The position numbers and the translations under genes are program-made. Shown piece by piece: positions 18,931 through 28,500 of a stretch of 64,000 bases of DNA. The notes below the pieces were generated by a model that was not told where the DNA came from, did no database searches, and saw nothing but the letters and a program-made list of their open reading frames with translations. Source of the DNA: Planctomycetota bacterium (GTDB taxonomy: Bacteria; Planctomycetota; JAJSAM01; JAJVHW01). The first letter of the stretch is position 1. The number at the start of each line of letters is the position of its first letter. The stretch covers positions 736,001 to 800,000 of the forward strand of contig CBDFJG010000002.1 of assembly GCA_965248445.1 (NCBI GenBank), given 5' to 3'.

Positions 18931-20007
18931 ATGACACCCCTCGGACCGACCCGTGGACCCGCTCTCGAGCGGATCACCGTGAGCCCCCATGCGAGCCTCG
19001 CGGACACCGTCGCATGCATCGATGCGGGCGCGGCGCAGGTGGCGCTCGTCGTGGACACCGACGGCCGGCTCGTGGGCACGGTCACCGACGGGGACGTGCG
19101 TCGCGGCATCCTGGCGGGCGTGACCCTGGACACGCCGATCGAGAACGTCATGAACCGACGGCCGGTCACCGCACCCGAGGCAACGCCGGGCAGCGACGTG
19201 CTCGCCACCATGCGGCGCCGCCGCATCCACCAGATCCCACTCGTGGACGACGCCGGGCGTCTCGTGGGCCTGCGGATCATCGACGACCTGCTGGAGCGTA
19301 CGCCTCGGCACAATCGAGTCGTGATCTTGGCGGGCGGGCGCGGCACGCGACTGATGCCTCTGACCAACGAAGTGCCCAAGCCCCTCCTGCCGGTCGGGGA
19401 CCGCCCCATCGTCGAGCGCATCATCGAGACCTGCCGCGACGCGGGGTTCCAACGCGTGACTCTGGCTCTCAACTACCGTGCAGACCTGTTCCGCGACCAC
19501 TTCGGGGACGGATCCCGGCTGGGGATCGACGTCGACTACCTGGTGGAGGACGAGCCACGGGGGACCGCCGGCGCGCTCTCGCTCCTGGACGATCTGCCCG
19601 ATCAGCCGATCCTGGTCATGAACGGGGACGTGCTGACCTCGCTCAGCTTCTCGCACCTGTTCGACTACCACACCGACCACGGCGCGGACGCCACGATGTG
19701 CGTGCGCGAGTACGAGCATATCGTCCCCTTCGGCGTCGTTTCCGTGGACGGACACGAGCTCACCGGTCTCGACGAGAAGCCCTCGCTGCGGTTCTTCGTC
19801 AACGCCGGCATCTACGTGATCGCGCCGTCGGTCCTGAAGCTCGTTCCGCGATCCGGGCGGTACGACATGCCGGAGCTGTTCGCGAAGCTGCGCGCAGACG
19901 GACGTCCGACGTCCGCCTTCCCGATCCGCGAGTACTGGCTGGACGTGGGCCGGCACCCGGACCTGGAGCGCGCGCGCGCCGACGCGAACGACGTGTTCGG
20001 GAAGTAG
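18931..20007 (+). CDS. CBS-domain sugar-1-phosphate nucleotidyltransferase (PtmE-like)
   Basis: CBS pair (GTVTDGDVRRGIL) followed by ILAGGRGTRLMPLT..PKPLL, EPRGTAGAL, VMNGDVLT, YWLDVG. Confidence 0.9.
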   Translation: MTPLGPTRGPALERITVSPHASLADTVACIDAGAAQVALVVDTDGRLVGTVTDGDVRRGILAGVTLDTPIENVMNRRPVTAPEATPGSDVLATMRRRRIHQIPLVDDAGRLVGLRIIDDLLERTPRHNRVVILAGGRGTRLMPLTNEVPKPLLPVGDRPIVERIIETCRDAGFQRVTLALNYRADLFRDHFGDGSRLGIDVDYLVEDEPRGTAGALSLLDDLPDQPILVMNGDVLTSLSFSHLFDYHTDHGADATMCVREYEHIVPFGVVSVDGHELTGLDEKPSLRFFVNAGIYVIAPSVLKLVPRSGRYDMPELFAKLRADGRPTSAFPIREYWLDVGRHPDLERARADANDVFGK

Positions 20008-20013
20008 CCTCCC

Positions 20014-21471
20014 GTGACTCCCGCGCGCCCCACGGTCGTGTTCCTGCCGGGCCAAGCGGCGGCACTCGGACAGCAAATGCGCGTGGCCCGCGCGATGGCC
20101 GCGGCGAACGAGATGCGCCCCGTGGTGCTGCTCTCGAAGCCCTGGCCGAACGAGCCCGAAGACGGCGCAGACGGCGTGCGCGTCGTCCGCCTGCACGCCG
20201 GCGGCGCGCCGGGACGAGCTGGGCGTGAGAATCACGAGTCGGCGACCGCTGCCGGGACCCGCTCGTGGCTCGGATGGCTCACGAAGGAGACCCTGCCGGC
20301 CGTTCGCTGGCGCGCACGGGGTCGCGCAGCGGCGCTCCGCGCTGTCGCGGCACAGATGGCGGAACGGCTTGCGACGGAGGGAGCCGCAGCGCTCGTCGTC
20401 TCCAGCGATCGGCGGTCAGGGCCGGTGCTCGCAACATTGCGTGCCGCACGCGACCGAGGCATCCGCTCGGTACTCGTCCCGTACGCGTACTCCCACCCGG
20501 TCGGGTCGGCGACGATCCGCATGGACCGGCCCATCCACAACGTGGACGGTCCGCCGCTGCGATCCGCGAAGCGCTACGTCGCCGACCGCTTCCCGCGCCA
20601 GGTCTACGAGAGCACCGGACGGCGCCTGCTGTTCTACGGGCCGCTCGGAACGTTGGCGCTCCACGCCGCGGGTCAACTGCCGCAGAGTCCCTGGTGGGCC
20701 GGAGGCGGCATGACCGACCGCGTGTGTGTGTTCTCCGAGGCGGTTGCCGACGAGCGCGTCGCAGCCGGGATCGCCCGCGAGCGCATCGTGATCACCGGTG
20801 ACGTGGCGCTCGACGAGTTGCACGCTGCGCAACGCGCGCGCGACGACATCCGAGCCGGGATCGCCCGTGACCACGGCTTGGATCTCGACCGACCGCTCGT
20901 CGTGTTCGCGGTACCGCAGATGGCCGAGCAGGGCATCGTGCCTTGGCCGAGACATCGCAAGGCGATCGGGGATCTCGCGCGGCAGACCGCGGACGCCAAC
21001 GCATCGGTAGCCGTCTCTCTGCACCCCAAGTCACGACGCGAGGACTATGCGTTCCTCGACGACGTGCCGAACCTGCGCATCCTCGATATTCCGCTCTCAC
21101 GCGCGATGGCCGCGGCAGACGTCTCGGTCGCCGGCCGCTCGTCGACGGTCCTCTGGAGCATCGCACTCGGAGTGCCGTCCATCGTCGTCGACTTCGGCTG
21201 GTTCGGACACGACACGTGGGATGACACCGACGGAGTCCTCGTCGCGACAGACGAAGAGGCGTTCGAGGAGCATCTGCGCGGCGTCCTCGGAGATCCCACC
21301 GTGCGCGAGGAGTGCCGGCGGGGGCTCGCCCGCGAGGCCGGACGGCTCACGCGCTTCGACGGCCGGGCCACCGAACGCACGCTCGCGGTGATCGCCGAGG
21401 CCGCCGCACAGACTTTCCGAGCCCCCACCGGCGCCGCTAGCGTTCCGGGGATGACGCGGGACATGCCATGA
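20014..21471 (+). CDS. Putative GT-B glycosyltransferase (candidate nonulosonate transferase)
   Basis: IVITGDVALD, SLHPKS, SSTVLWSIALGVP, FDGRATER; lies directly after the leg genes. Confidence 0.5.
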   Translation: MTPARPTVVFLPGQAAALGQQMRVARAMAAANEMRPVVLLSKPWPNEPEDGADGVRVVRLHAGGAPGRAGRENHESATAAGTRSWLGWLTKETLPAVRWRARGRAAALRAVAAQMAERLATEGAAALVVSSDRRSGPVLATLRAARDRGIRSVLVPYAYSHPVGSATIRMDRPIHNVDGPPLRSAKRYVADRFPRQVYESTGRRLLFYGPLGTLALHAAGQLPQSPWWAGGGMTDRVCVFSEAVADERVAAGIARERIVITGDVALDELHAAQRARDDIRAGIARDHGLDLDRPLVVFAVPQMAEQGIVPWPRHRKAIGDLARQTADANASVAVSLHPKSRREDYAFLDDVPNLRILDIPLSRAMAAADVSVAGRSSTVLWSIALGVPSIVVDFGWFGHDTWDDTDGVLVATDEEAFEEHLRGVLGDPTVREECRRGLAREAGRLTRFDGRATERTLAVIAEAAAQTFRAPTGAASVPGMTRDMP

Positions 21472-22448
21472 CACTCGACACGGCAACGGCCGGCGTCTCC
21501 GTCATGTACCACTACGTGCGTGCCGACGGCAGCGACGTCCCGCGCGGGATCCGCCCGTTCATGACGAGCGAGTTCGAGGCGCAACTCGACTGGCTGGCCG
21601 AGCGCTGGGACATCGTCGGCGCGGACGAGTTCTCGGCCTGGCTCGCCGGGGACACGAAACGCGCCCGCCCGCCGTGCCTGCTCACCTTCGACGACGGTGT
21701 GCGCGACCAGCACGAGGTCATCCTCCCGATCCTGCGCCGCCGCGGACTCTCGGGCGTGTTCTTCGTGCTGAACTGGCCGCTGCGCGACGGTCGCATGCCG
21801 CTGACTCATCTGATGCACTGGGTGCTCGGTCACGACGAGGAGACAGTCTGGGCGACGTTCGTGGATCATGCGGAGCGCCACTTGGGCGGACGCGGGGTGC
21901 TCGGCGACGACGCCGCCGTTCAGACGGTCTATCCACTGGACTCGCTCGTGCGCGCCCGCATCAAGTACGCGGCGAACATCGCCCTGGCACCCGAGGTCGT
22001 GGAGCAGATCGTCGCGGGCACGCTGGCGGCCGAGGGACTCACTGCCGACGCGCTCACGCGCGAGTGGTTCGCCACCGCGGACGACGTGCGCGCGCTCCAC
22101 GAAGCGGGGATGACGATCGGCATGCACGGCGCGTCCCATCGCAGCCTGCAGCAGCTCGGTCCGGACGCCATCCGGGCGGAGATCGCCGACAATCATGCGT
22201 ACCTCGCCGATCTGCTCGGTGAGCCGCCCACATGGTGGGCCTGTCCGTTCGGCGGCGTGAGCGCATCGCCGGACCTCGTGAGCACGATGTACGGCGCCCT
22301 GGCGAGGCACGGCATCGGGTCGGCGATGACCATCGAGAAGGGCCTCATCACACCCGGAAGCGATCGTATGGCGATCCCGCGCTTCGATGCGATCGACCTG
22401 CCGCCGCGGCGCGACTACGATCCCCGAACCACTGGAGACGCGAGATGA
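21468..22448 (+). CDS. Polysaccharide deacetylase (CE4/NodB)
   Basis: VMYHYVR, LTFDDG, IGMHGASH, CPFG. Confidence 0.85.
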   Translation: MTLDTATAGVSVMYHYVRADGSDVPRGIRPFMTSEFEAQLDWLAERWDIVGADEFSAWLAGDTKRARPPCLLTFDDGVRDQHEVILPILRRRGLSGVFFVLNWPLRDGRMPLTHLMHWVLGHDEETVWATFVDHAERHLGGRGVLGDDAAVQTVYPLDSLVRARIKYAANIALAPEVVEQIVAGTLAAEGLTADALTREWFATADDVRALHEAGMTIGMHGASHRSLQQLGPDAIRAEIADNHAYLADLLGEPPTWWACPFGGVSASPDLVSTMYGALARHGIGSAMTIEKGLITPGSDRMAIPRFDAIDLPPRRDYDPRTTGDAR

Positions 22449-23356
22449 GCGGGCACCTGGATCGTGTGCGCGACCACTTTCACGACATCGCCGGACGCTA
22501 CGCCGGGCTGTTCGACGATGCCGCCGGTGCGGTCGACTACCCGAGCGGCCCCGCGCGCATGCGCACGGCGATCGAGACGCTGGAGAGACACCTGCCCGCC
22601 GGACGTGTGCTCGATCTGGGCTGCGGCACCGGACACACCGCGTTGGCGCTCTGCGAACTCGGCTACGACGTCATCGGTGTGGACATCGCAGACGGCATGG
22701 TCGAGACCTCTCGCGCTCTGCTCGACGAGTCGCCACACGCGGACCGAGCGGAGTTCCGCGTCGCCGACGCCGAGTCGCTCCCGCTCGACGCAAGCAGCGT
22801 GGACGCCGTGCTCGCGCTGGGCGTCACCGAGTGGCTCGAGGGCGATGCGGGGATAGCGGCCGAGGCGGCGCGGGTTCTGCGGCCGGGCGGCGTAGCGGTC
22901 GTCTCGTTCCGCAACCGGCTGTTCAACCTGTTCAGCATGAACGACTACACGAGTGCCGAGATCGACGACGGCGAGATCGCGCGGCTGGTGACGGAGTGCC
23001 GCGCGGAGTTCGCACGCGGAATGAACGCCGGCGCCGGGGACGAGGCGGCGGGAGCGCTGCACGAAGCGACCGCGCGACTCGCGACGCCGTCTTCCGGCAA
23101 GCGCGTCGATCCGCTCCCCCGCCGCCCCGTCGATCTGCGCCAACACACTCCCTCCGAAGCCGCGACCGCATACGCCGTGGGCGGGCTGGTGCACGAGGAG
23201 ACGGTGTTCACGCACTTCCACCCGTTCCCGCCGTCGTTCGAGTCTGCGAACCCGCGCGCGTTCAACCACCTGGCGCTCGCGATGGAGAGCCTCGCGCGCA
23301 CACCCGTCGGCGCACTGATGGCGTCGGGCTTCCTGACCGTCCTGCGCAAGCCGTAG
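22445..23356 (+). CDS. Class I SAM-dependent methyltransferase
   Basis: VLDLGCGTG, GVDIA, ADAESLP, RVLRPGG. Confidence 0.88.
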   Translation: MSGHLDRVRDHFHDIAGRYAGLFDDAAGAVDYPSGPARMRTAIETLERHLPAGRVLDLGCGTGHTALALCELGYDVIGVDIADGMVETSRALLDESPHADRAEFRVADAESLPLDASSVDAVLALGVTEWLEGDAGIAAEAARVLRPGGVAVVSFRNRLFNLFSMNDYTSAEIDDGEIARLVTECRAEFARGMNAGAGDEAAGALHEATARLATPSSGKRVDPLPRRPVDLRQHTPSEAATAYAVGGLVHEETVFTHFHPFPPSFESANPRAFNHLALAMESLARTPVGALMASGFLTVLRKP

Positions 23357-23401
23357 CCTCGTCGGACGACGCCGCGGGCGCCGACTCCTGGAGGACGCGG
23401 A

Positions 23402-23881
23402 ATGACACAGCGGGCGCCGTTCCAGATCCTCGTCATGCCGTTCAAGCTGCGCGACGGCGCTGACCCGGAGTTCGCGGCGCTCAGGCGACGCGATCTCGGT
23501 GTTTGGCAGGGCTTCGCTGGCGGAGGAGAGTCCGGAGAGTCCCCCGATCAGGCGGCCAGGCGTGAGACCCACGAGGAAGGCGGGCTGCCGCGCACGATGC
23601 GGATCTACGCGCTGGACGCGCACGCCACGATCCCGACCAGCCACTTCTCCGCCGCGGCGAAGTGGGGTCCGGAGGTGTTCGTCATCTTGGAACACGCCTT
23701 CGCGGTGGACTGCACTGCCGCGACGATCCGTCTCTCGAGCGAGCACACCGCGATCCGCTGGGGCGACTACTCCACCATCCACGCGCTCCTGGAATGGGAT
23801 TCGAACCGCACCGCGCTGTGGGAGCTGTCGGAACGTCTGCGCAACGACCAACTCGCAGGCCGCCTGATTCCCGCCGGCTAG
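23402..23881 (+). CDS. NUDIX hydrolase (NudB/NtpA-like)
   Basis: Nudix box GGGESGESPDQAARRETHEEGG; LSSEH. Confidence 0.85.
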   Translation: MTQRAPFQILVMPFKLRDGADPEFAALRRRDLGVWQGFAGGGESGESPDQAARRETHEEGGLPRTMRIYALDAHATIPTSHFSAAAKWGPEVFVILEHAFAVDCTAATIRLSSEHTAIRWGDYSTIHALLEWDSNRTALWELSERLRNDQLAGRLIPAG

Positions 23882-24990
23882 CGGGGCCGGCGAGCGACGA
23901 CGAGGGAGAACGCCGGACGGCCGGTGGCCGGTCGCGTCGCCTCGTGCTGCACGTACGCGCGGACGAACTCCACGATCGCCGGTTTCGCGGCCCCGAGCGT
24001 CCCGCCGTCGCGCAGCGCGGCGCGCAGCTTCACCGTCCAGGGGAACAGCGGGCGCCACCCGACGTCCCAGAACCGCATGTGCGACTCGTCGAGCGTCGTC
24101 TCGTGGGCGACCGGTTCGAGCCCGGCCTCGGCGAGAAGCCCGCGCCACGTCCCCTCGTCGCGCGGCACCCAGGAGGACCGCCCGCGGTCCATCGCGCGGA
24201 ATCGGTCCGCGTCCGCCGTGTCGCCGCGAGCCAGTGCCGCGTCGGCACGGCCGTGATAGACCAGCGCGTCGCGAAACGCTTCGTCGGGGCTGACGATCAG
24301 GCCGTGGCCGCCCGGGCGCAGCACTCGGTGCATCTCGCGCAGAGCTTCACACAGCCCGTCAGGCGGGAGGTCGTCGAACATGTTCGTGACAGCCGACGCC
24401 ACGCTCCCGTCGGCGAGCGGCAGCCGCCGCACGTCCGCGTGATGCACTGCGTCGTACACGCCCAGCTCGCGTGACCGCTCGACCATGCTCTCGCGGAGAT
24501 CCACGCCGATCCCGATCTTGCGCGGCGGCGTCGCGATGCGCGGCCCGCTCCCGGTCTCGTGGACGTCGTACGCGTCCGCCCGAGTGAGATCGATCGCACC
24601 GTAGCTATCGTCCGCGACGTGGAAGCGTCCACCGAACAGCATGGTCGTGAACGCGCCCGTCCCGCAGCCCAGATCGACGGACGGATGCACCAGCACCTCG
24701 GCGTGCCGTTGGAGTGCCCGGATGTTCCGGTAGTTGAAGATCACCGACTCAGGGCGCAGCCAGTCCATCGCCACGCAGGCCCCGAGCAGATCGTCGCGGA
24801 GATCGTCGGCGGGGTCCGACGTCCCGCCGCGCATGCCGGCAGAGAGCTCGCCGAGATCCTCGATGTAGAGAGACAGGTCATCCGGACCGAAGTCCGCGAG
24901 CGGCCGCACGTTGACCGGATAGCGGCAGTTCGGGCACATCAGCGCGTCGCCGACGTGCGCGTCACACAGCGGGCACCCGCCCTCCGACAT
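23878..24990 (-). CDS. SAM-dependent methyltransferase with N-terminal zinc ribbon
   Basis: CPLC..CPNC N-terminus; VDLGCGTG, ADVRRLPL, EMHRVLRPGG. Confidence 0.8.
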   Translation of the reverse strand: MSEGGCPLCDAHVGDALMCPNCRYPVNVRPLADFGPDDLSLYIEDLGELSAGMRGGTSDPADDLRDDLLGACVAMDWLRPESVIFNYRNIRALQRHAEVLVHPSVDLGCGTGAFTTMLFGGRFHVADDSYGAIDLTRADAYDVHETGSGPRIATPPRKIGIGVDLRESMVERSRELGVYDAVHHADVRRLPLADGSVASAVTNMFDDLPPDGLCEALREMHRVLRPGGHGLIVSPDEAFRDALVYHGRADAALARGDTADADRFRAMDRGRSSWVPRDEGTWRGLLAEAGLEPVAHETTLDESHMRFWDVGWRPLFPWTVKLRAALRDGGTLGAAKPAIVEFVRAYVQHEATRPATGRPAFSLVVARRPR

Positions 24991-25132
24991 TCGGTCTCCT
25001 CTCCGCTTTTCGGGCCGCCGAGGAGTCTCACACCCCCCGCGAACGCGGTCCACCAAATGGCGCTGAATCGACTCCGGCGGCGCGGGTACCCTTGCACACC
25101 CGCTGCGGAGGGCCGCGGCGGGCTGTGGTGCT

Positions 25133-26161
25133 GTGGAGACGGATGTGATCCTCGAGCCGGTTCGTTATCAGCGCTTCGTCCTGCTCGGCGGCGGGCGGCC
25201 GCTGCTTGCGTTCGCTGAGGGAGCGATCGCCCAGGGCCGCGCAGTACAGGTGATCTCGTCTCCGGCGCAGCTCGCAGCGGAGTTCGCTCACGGCACGCTC
25301 GAGTCGGAGCTCACGGACCGCAACATCCCGTTCGAATCCCGCGTCGATCTGCCCCCGCAGCGTCTCGTCAAGCACGTCGACAACGAGACGCTGGGGCTGT
25401 CGGTGTCGTCACCTTGGATCTTCCGCCGGGAGCACATCGACGTGTTCCGCGGCGCGCTACTCAACCTGCACGGCGCGGCGCTTCCACGCCACCGCGGTGC
25501 GGGCGGCGACACATGGCAGATCCTGCAGGGGCGACAGAAGGGCGGCTTCACACTGCACGCCGTGAACGAGGGCATCGACACGGGGGCGATCATCCTGCAG
25601 GAGTTGTTCGACTACCCCTCCGCGTGTCGCACCCCGTCGGATCGCCAACGCTTCGCGATGTCTCGGGAGGCTGTCTTCGTACATCGCGTGATCGATGCGC
25701 TCTGCGGACGGGAGCCACTCCCCGCGCGGAAGCAGAACCACGACGAGAGCACGTACTGGCCGCGTCTGGACACGCGCGTGAACGGGTTCGTCGACTGGTC
25801 GTGGAGCGCCGGCGAGATCCGGACGTTCGTCGACGCGTTCGACAGTCCGTACGCCGGGGCCGGCACGTACCTCGGGGATCGGCTGATCCGCTTGAGCGGC
25901 TGCGAGAAAGCGGCGGAAGGGCCGTTCCACGCGTTCCAGGCGGGGCTCGTCTACCGGGCGAACGACGGGCGCATCCATGTGGCCGCCCGTGGAAGCGGCC
26001 TCTCTGTCGCCCGGGTGGTCGACGGCGAGACGGGTGAGCCGTTCCGCGGACTCAGGGTCGGGGACCGGCTGCACACGCCCCGGGCCGTCCTCGAGCAGGC
26101 GCTGACCTACCGGCCGCGATACACGGCGAACGGCATGCCGCCGCCGCCCGCGCTCGACTGA
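25133..26161 (+). CDS. Second formyltransferase (Fmt-like, N and C domains)
   Basis: LNLHGAALPRHRGAGG...GFTLHAVNEGIDTGAII; VDWSWS..AFDSPYAGA. Confidence 0.82.
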   Translation: METDVILEPVRYQRFVLLGGGRPLLAFAEGAIAQGRAVQVISSPAQLAAEFAHGTLESELTDRNIPFESRVDLPPQRLVKHVDNETLGLSVSSPWIFRREHIDVFRGALLNLHGAALPRHRGAGGDTWQILQGRQKGGFTLHAVNEGIDTGAIILQELFDYPSACRTPSDRQRFAMSREAVFVHRVIDALCGREPLPARKQNHDESTYWPRLDTRVNGFVDWSWSAGEIRTFVDAFDSPYAGAGTYLGDRLIRLSGCEKAAEGPFHAFQAGLVYRANDGRIHVAARGSGLSVARVVDGETGEPFRGLRVGDRLHTPRAVLEQALTYRPRYTANGMPPPPALD

Positions 26162-26176
26162 GCGCGCAGCCGCGCT

Positions 26177-27502
26177 TCAGGCGGGATCCTCGTTGTACTT
26201 CCGGAACACCGGACGCACGACCGGACCCTGAACGTACGCGTCCGGCCCATCCGTCAGCGCGCGCGCGTAGACGTCGAACGCCTTGCGAGCGGCCGCCACG
26301 GCGAGATCGATCTCCGCCTCGCCGTGTGCCCAGCTGATCGCGATGTACGGGATCAAGACGCGCTCCCGCGCCATCTCCTGCAGGAACAGGGTGCGGAACG
26401 CGGTGGACCGCTTGCGCTCCTGGTCCCGACAGAGGATCACGGGGCTCTGGTCGTAGCCGATCACCTCGACGAACCCCGCAATGCCCGCCTCCTGCGCCGC
26501 GGCGTGCATGCCGTCTTTGAGGCGCCGACCCAGCTTTGTGATGTGCCCGGGAACGTCGTTGTCGCGCACGAAGCGGATCGTGGCCAGCGCCGCCGCAAGG
26601 GCGTGGGTCTCTCCGCCGTGTGTCGCCGAGAGCAGGAACACGCGCTCGCGATCGTGGTGCAGGCCGCCGAGCTCCATGATCTCGCGCTTCCCGCAGAGCG
26701 CGGCGACGGAGAAGCCGTTCGCGACCGCCTTCCCGTAGGTGGCGAGGTCCGGCGTGACCCCGTAGAGCCCCTGTGCACCCTGCAGGTGGTAACGGAAGCC
26801 GCTGATCATCTCGTCGAACACGACCACCGCGCCGTGCTCGTGCGCGACGTCGATCACGCGCTGCAGGAAGTCGTCCTTCGGCTTGTCGAACGCGACGGGT
26901 TCGAGCATGACACACGCGATCTCGCCGGGATGCTCTGCGAACAGCCGCTCGAGCGACGCGATGTCGTTGTAGTCGAAGGTCAGGGTGAGCTCGCGGACGC
27001 GCTGCGGGATGCCGGAGTTCGTGACCGTGGCCCCGATCCACCAGTCATGGAAGCTGTAGAAGGGGTTCGCTCGGCAGGCCGCGACGAGCTCGCGTCCGGT
27101 GTATGCACGCGCCAGACGCGTCGCAGCCGACGTCGTGTCCGAACCGTTCTTCGCGAACTTCACCATCTCGGCGCAGGGCACGATCTCGGTGAGCAACTCG
27201 GCCAGTTCGCCTTCGATCGGAGCGGGTCGCGTGAAGTTGCTGCCCTTCACCAGCTCCGCGCGCACCGCGTCGAGCACCGGCTCGAATGCGTGTCCGAGGA
27301 TGACCGAACGCAGGCCCATAGCGAAGTCGAGCCACTTGCCGCCGTCCGGATCCCAGCACCACGCACCCTCGCCGCGCTCGATCAGAGTGGCGGCATTGGC
27401 GGGGAACTGGTCGTCGCCCTTGCTGTACGTGTGGCCGCCGGCCGGGATCAGGCGATCCGACCGCTCGTGCAGCCGTTCCATCTCGGAGCCACCCTCGCTC
27501 AT
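26177..27502 (-). CDS. Class III PLP aminotransferase (glutamate-1-semialdehyde aminomutase-like, glycan-cluster type)
   Basis: IPAGGHTYSKGDDQFP, KFAKNGSD, FDEMISGFR, PDLATYGKAVANG, LSATHGGE. Confidence 0.85.
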   Translation of the reverse strand: MSEGGSEMERLHERSDRLIPAGGHTYSKGDDQFPANAATLIERGEGAWCWDPDGGKWLDFAMGLRSVILGHAFEPVLDAVRAELVKGSNFTRPAPIEGELAELLTEIVPCAEMVKFAKNGSDTTSAATRLARAYTGRELVAACRANPFYSFHDWWIGATVTNSGIPQRVRELTLTFDYNDIASLERLFAEHPGEIACVMLEPVAFDKPKDDFLQRVIDVAHEHGAVVVFDEMISGFRYHLQGAQGLYGVTPDLATYGKAVANGFSVAALCGKREIMELGGLHHDRERVFLLSATHGGETHALAAALATIRFVRDNDVPGHITKLGRRLKDGMHAAAQEAGIAGFVEVIGYDQSPVILCRDQERKRSTAFRTLFLQEMARERVLIPYIAISWAHGEAEIDLAVAAARKAFDVYARALTDGPDAYVQGPVVRPVFRKYNEDPA

Positions 27503-28500
27503 GCATCCACCTCGGCGACGGTGACGCGTTGTCCGGTCTCATGGCTGCGCTCGCAGGCGAGGAGGATGCGGCCGAGTTCCTTGTCGTGCCCGAAGTGGTG
27601 TTCCCACTCCGCCTCGCCGCGGCAGGCGGCGAGCCACGCGCCGATCTCGGCGACGTACATGTTTTCGAAGTCGAAGCCGCGGCCCTGCGCCTTGTGGTGG
27701 AACCACGCCCCGCTCTCGGCATCGAAGTGGTTCAAGCGGTTGGTGTCGAGGTTCCAGTCGATGGACCCGGTCTGCGAGATGACCTTGCCCTCGCGGATCG
27801 GGTAGCGCGCCACGACCTCGATCAGGATCGTCGCGATCAGCCCGCTCTCGAACGTCGCGAGGATCGCGTACGTGTCGTCGATGTCGGTGGGCAGGTCGAG
27901 CTGGCGGCCGTAGGTGCACTGCACCGACACGACTTCGCCAAACACCCAGCGCATCCATTCGAACTCGAACGGCACCATCTCGCGGCCGGCGCCCGTCGCC
28001 TTGCGCCCGGCGTAGAAGTCGAGTCCCTCCCACGGATGCCAGTCGAGGATGTAGTTGCCGAGGTGGAACGTCAGCGCGAGCGGGCGGCCGAGCACCTTCT
28101 TCTCGGCGACCATGGCGTGCAGTCGCTGGTAGAGCGGGTGGAACCGCATCGTGGCCGACGGTGCGGCGACGAGGCCCTTCTCCTTCGCGAGCGCCAGGAA
28201 CTCGTCGGCGCCCTCGCTGATCACGCCCGCCTCACAGAAGCTGTGCAGACCGTGGTCGAGCGCGCCCTTCACGTACGGGTAGTGCAGATCGGGAGGGGTC
28301 GCGACGAGCACGGCATCGAGCCCCGGGATCTGCCAGGCCTGGTCGATGTCCGCCGCGGTCTCGACACCGTAGAGACGGGCGGCCTCTTCACGCCGATCCT
28401 CGCGCGGATCGAATGCGACGATGTCGCGTTCGCCGAGCGCCTGCAGGCAGCGGATGCGCCGCTTGCCCATCGAACCGAGACCCACCTGTAGGAACTTCAT
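27499..28500 (-). CDS. Gfo/Idh/MocA-family oxidoreductase
   Basis: VGLGSMGKRR Rossmann motif, VATPPDLH, DWHPWE. Confidence 0.85.
   Translation of the reverse strand: MKFLQVGLGSMGKRRIRCLQALGERDIVAFDPREDRREEAARLYGVETAADIDQAWQIPGLDAVLVATPPDLHYPYVKGALDHGLHSFCEAGVISEGADEFLALAKEKGLVAAPSATMRFHPLYQRLHAMVAEKKVLGRPLALTFHLGNYILDWHPWEGLDFYAGRKATGAGREMVPFEFEWMRWVFGEVVSVQCTYGRQLDLPTDIDDTYAILATFESGLIATILIEVVARYPIREGKVISQTGSIDWNLDTNRLNHFDAESGAWFHHKAQGRGFDFENMYVAEIGAWLAACRGEAEWEHHFGHDKELGRILLACERSHETGQRVTVAEVDA

Noticed and set aside
26177..27502. Calling this gene hemL
   Set aside because: The glycan-cluster context and HTYSKGDDQFP N-terminus fit the sugar-pathway subgroup; no haem genes are nearby.
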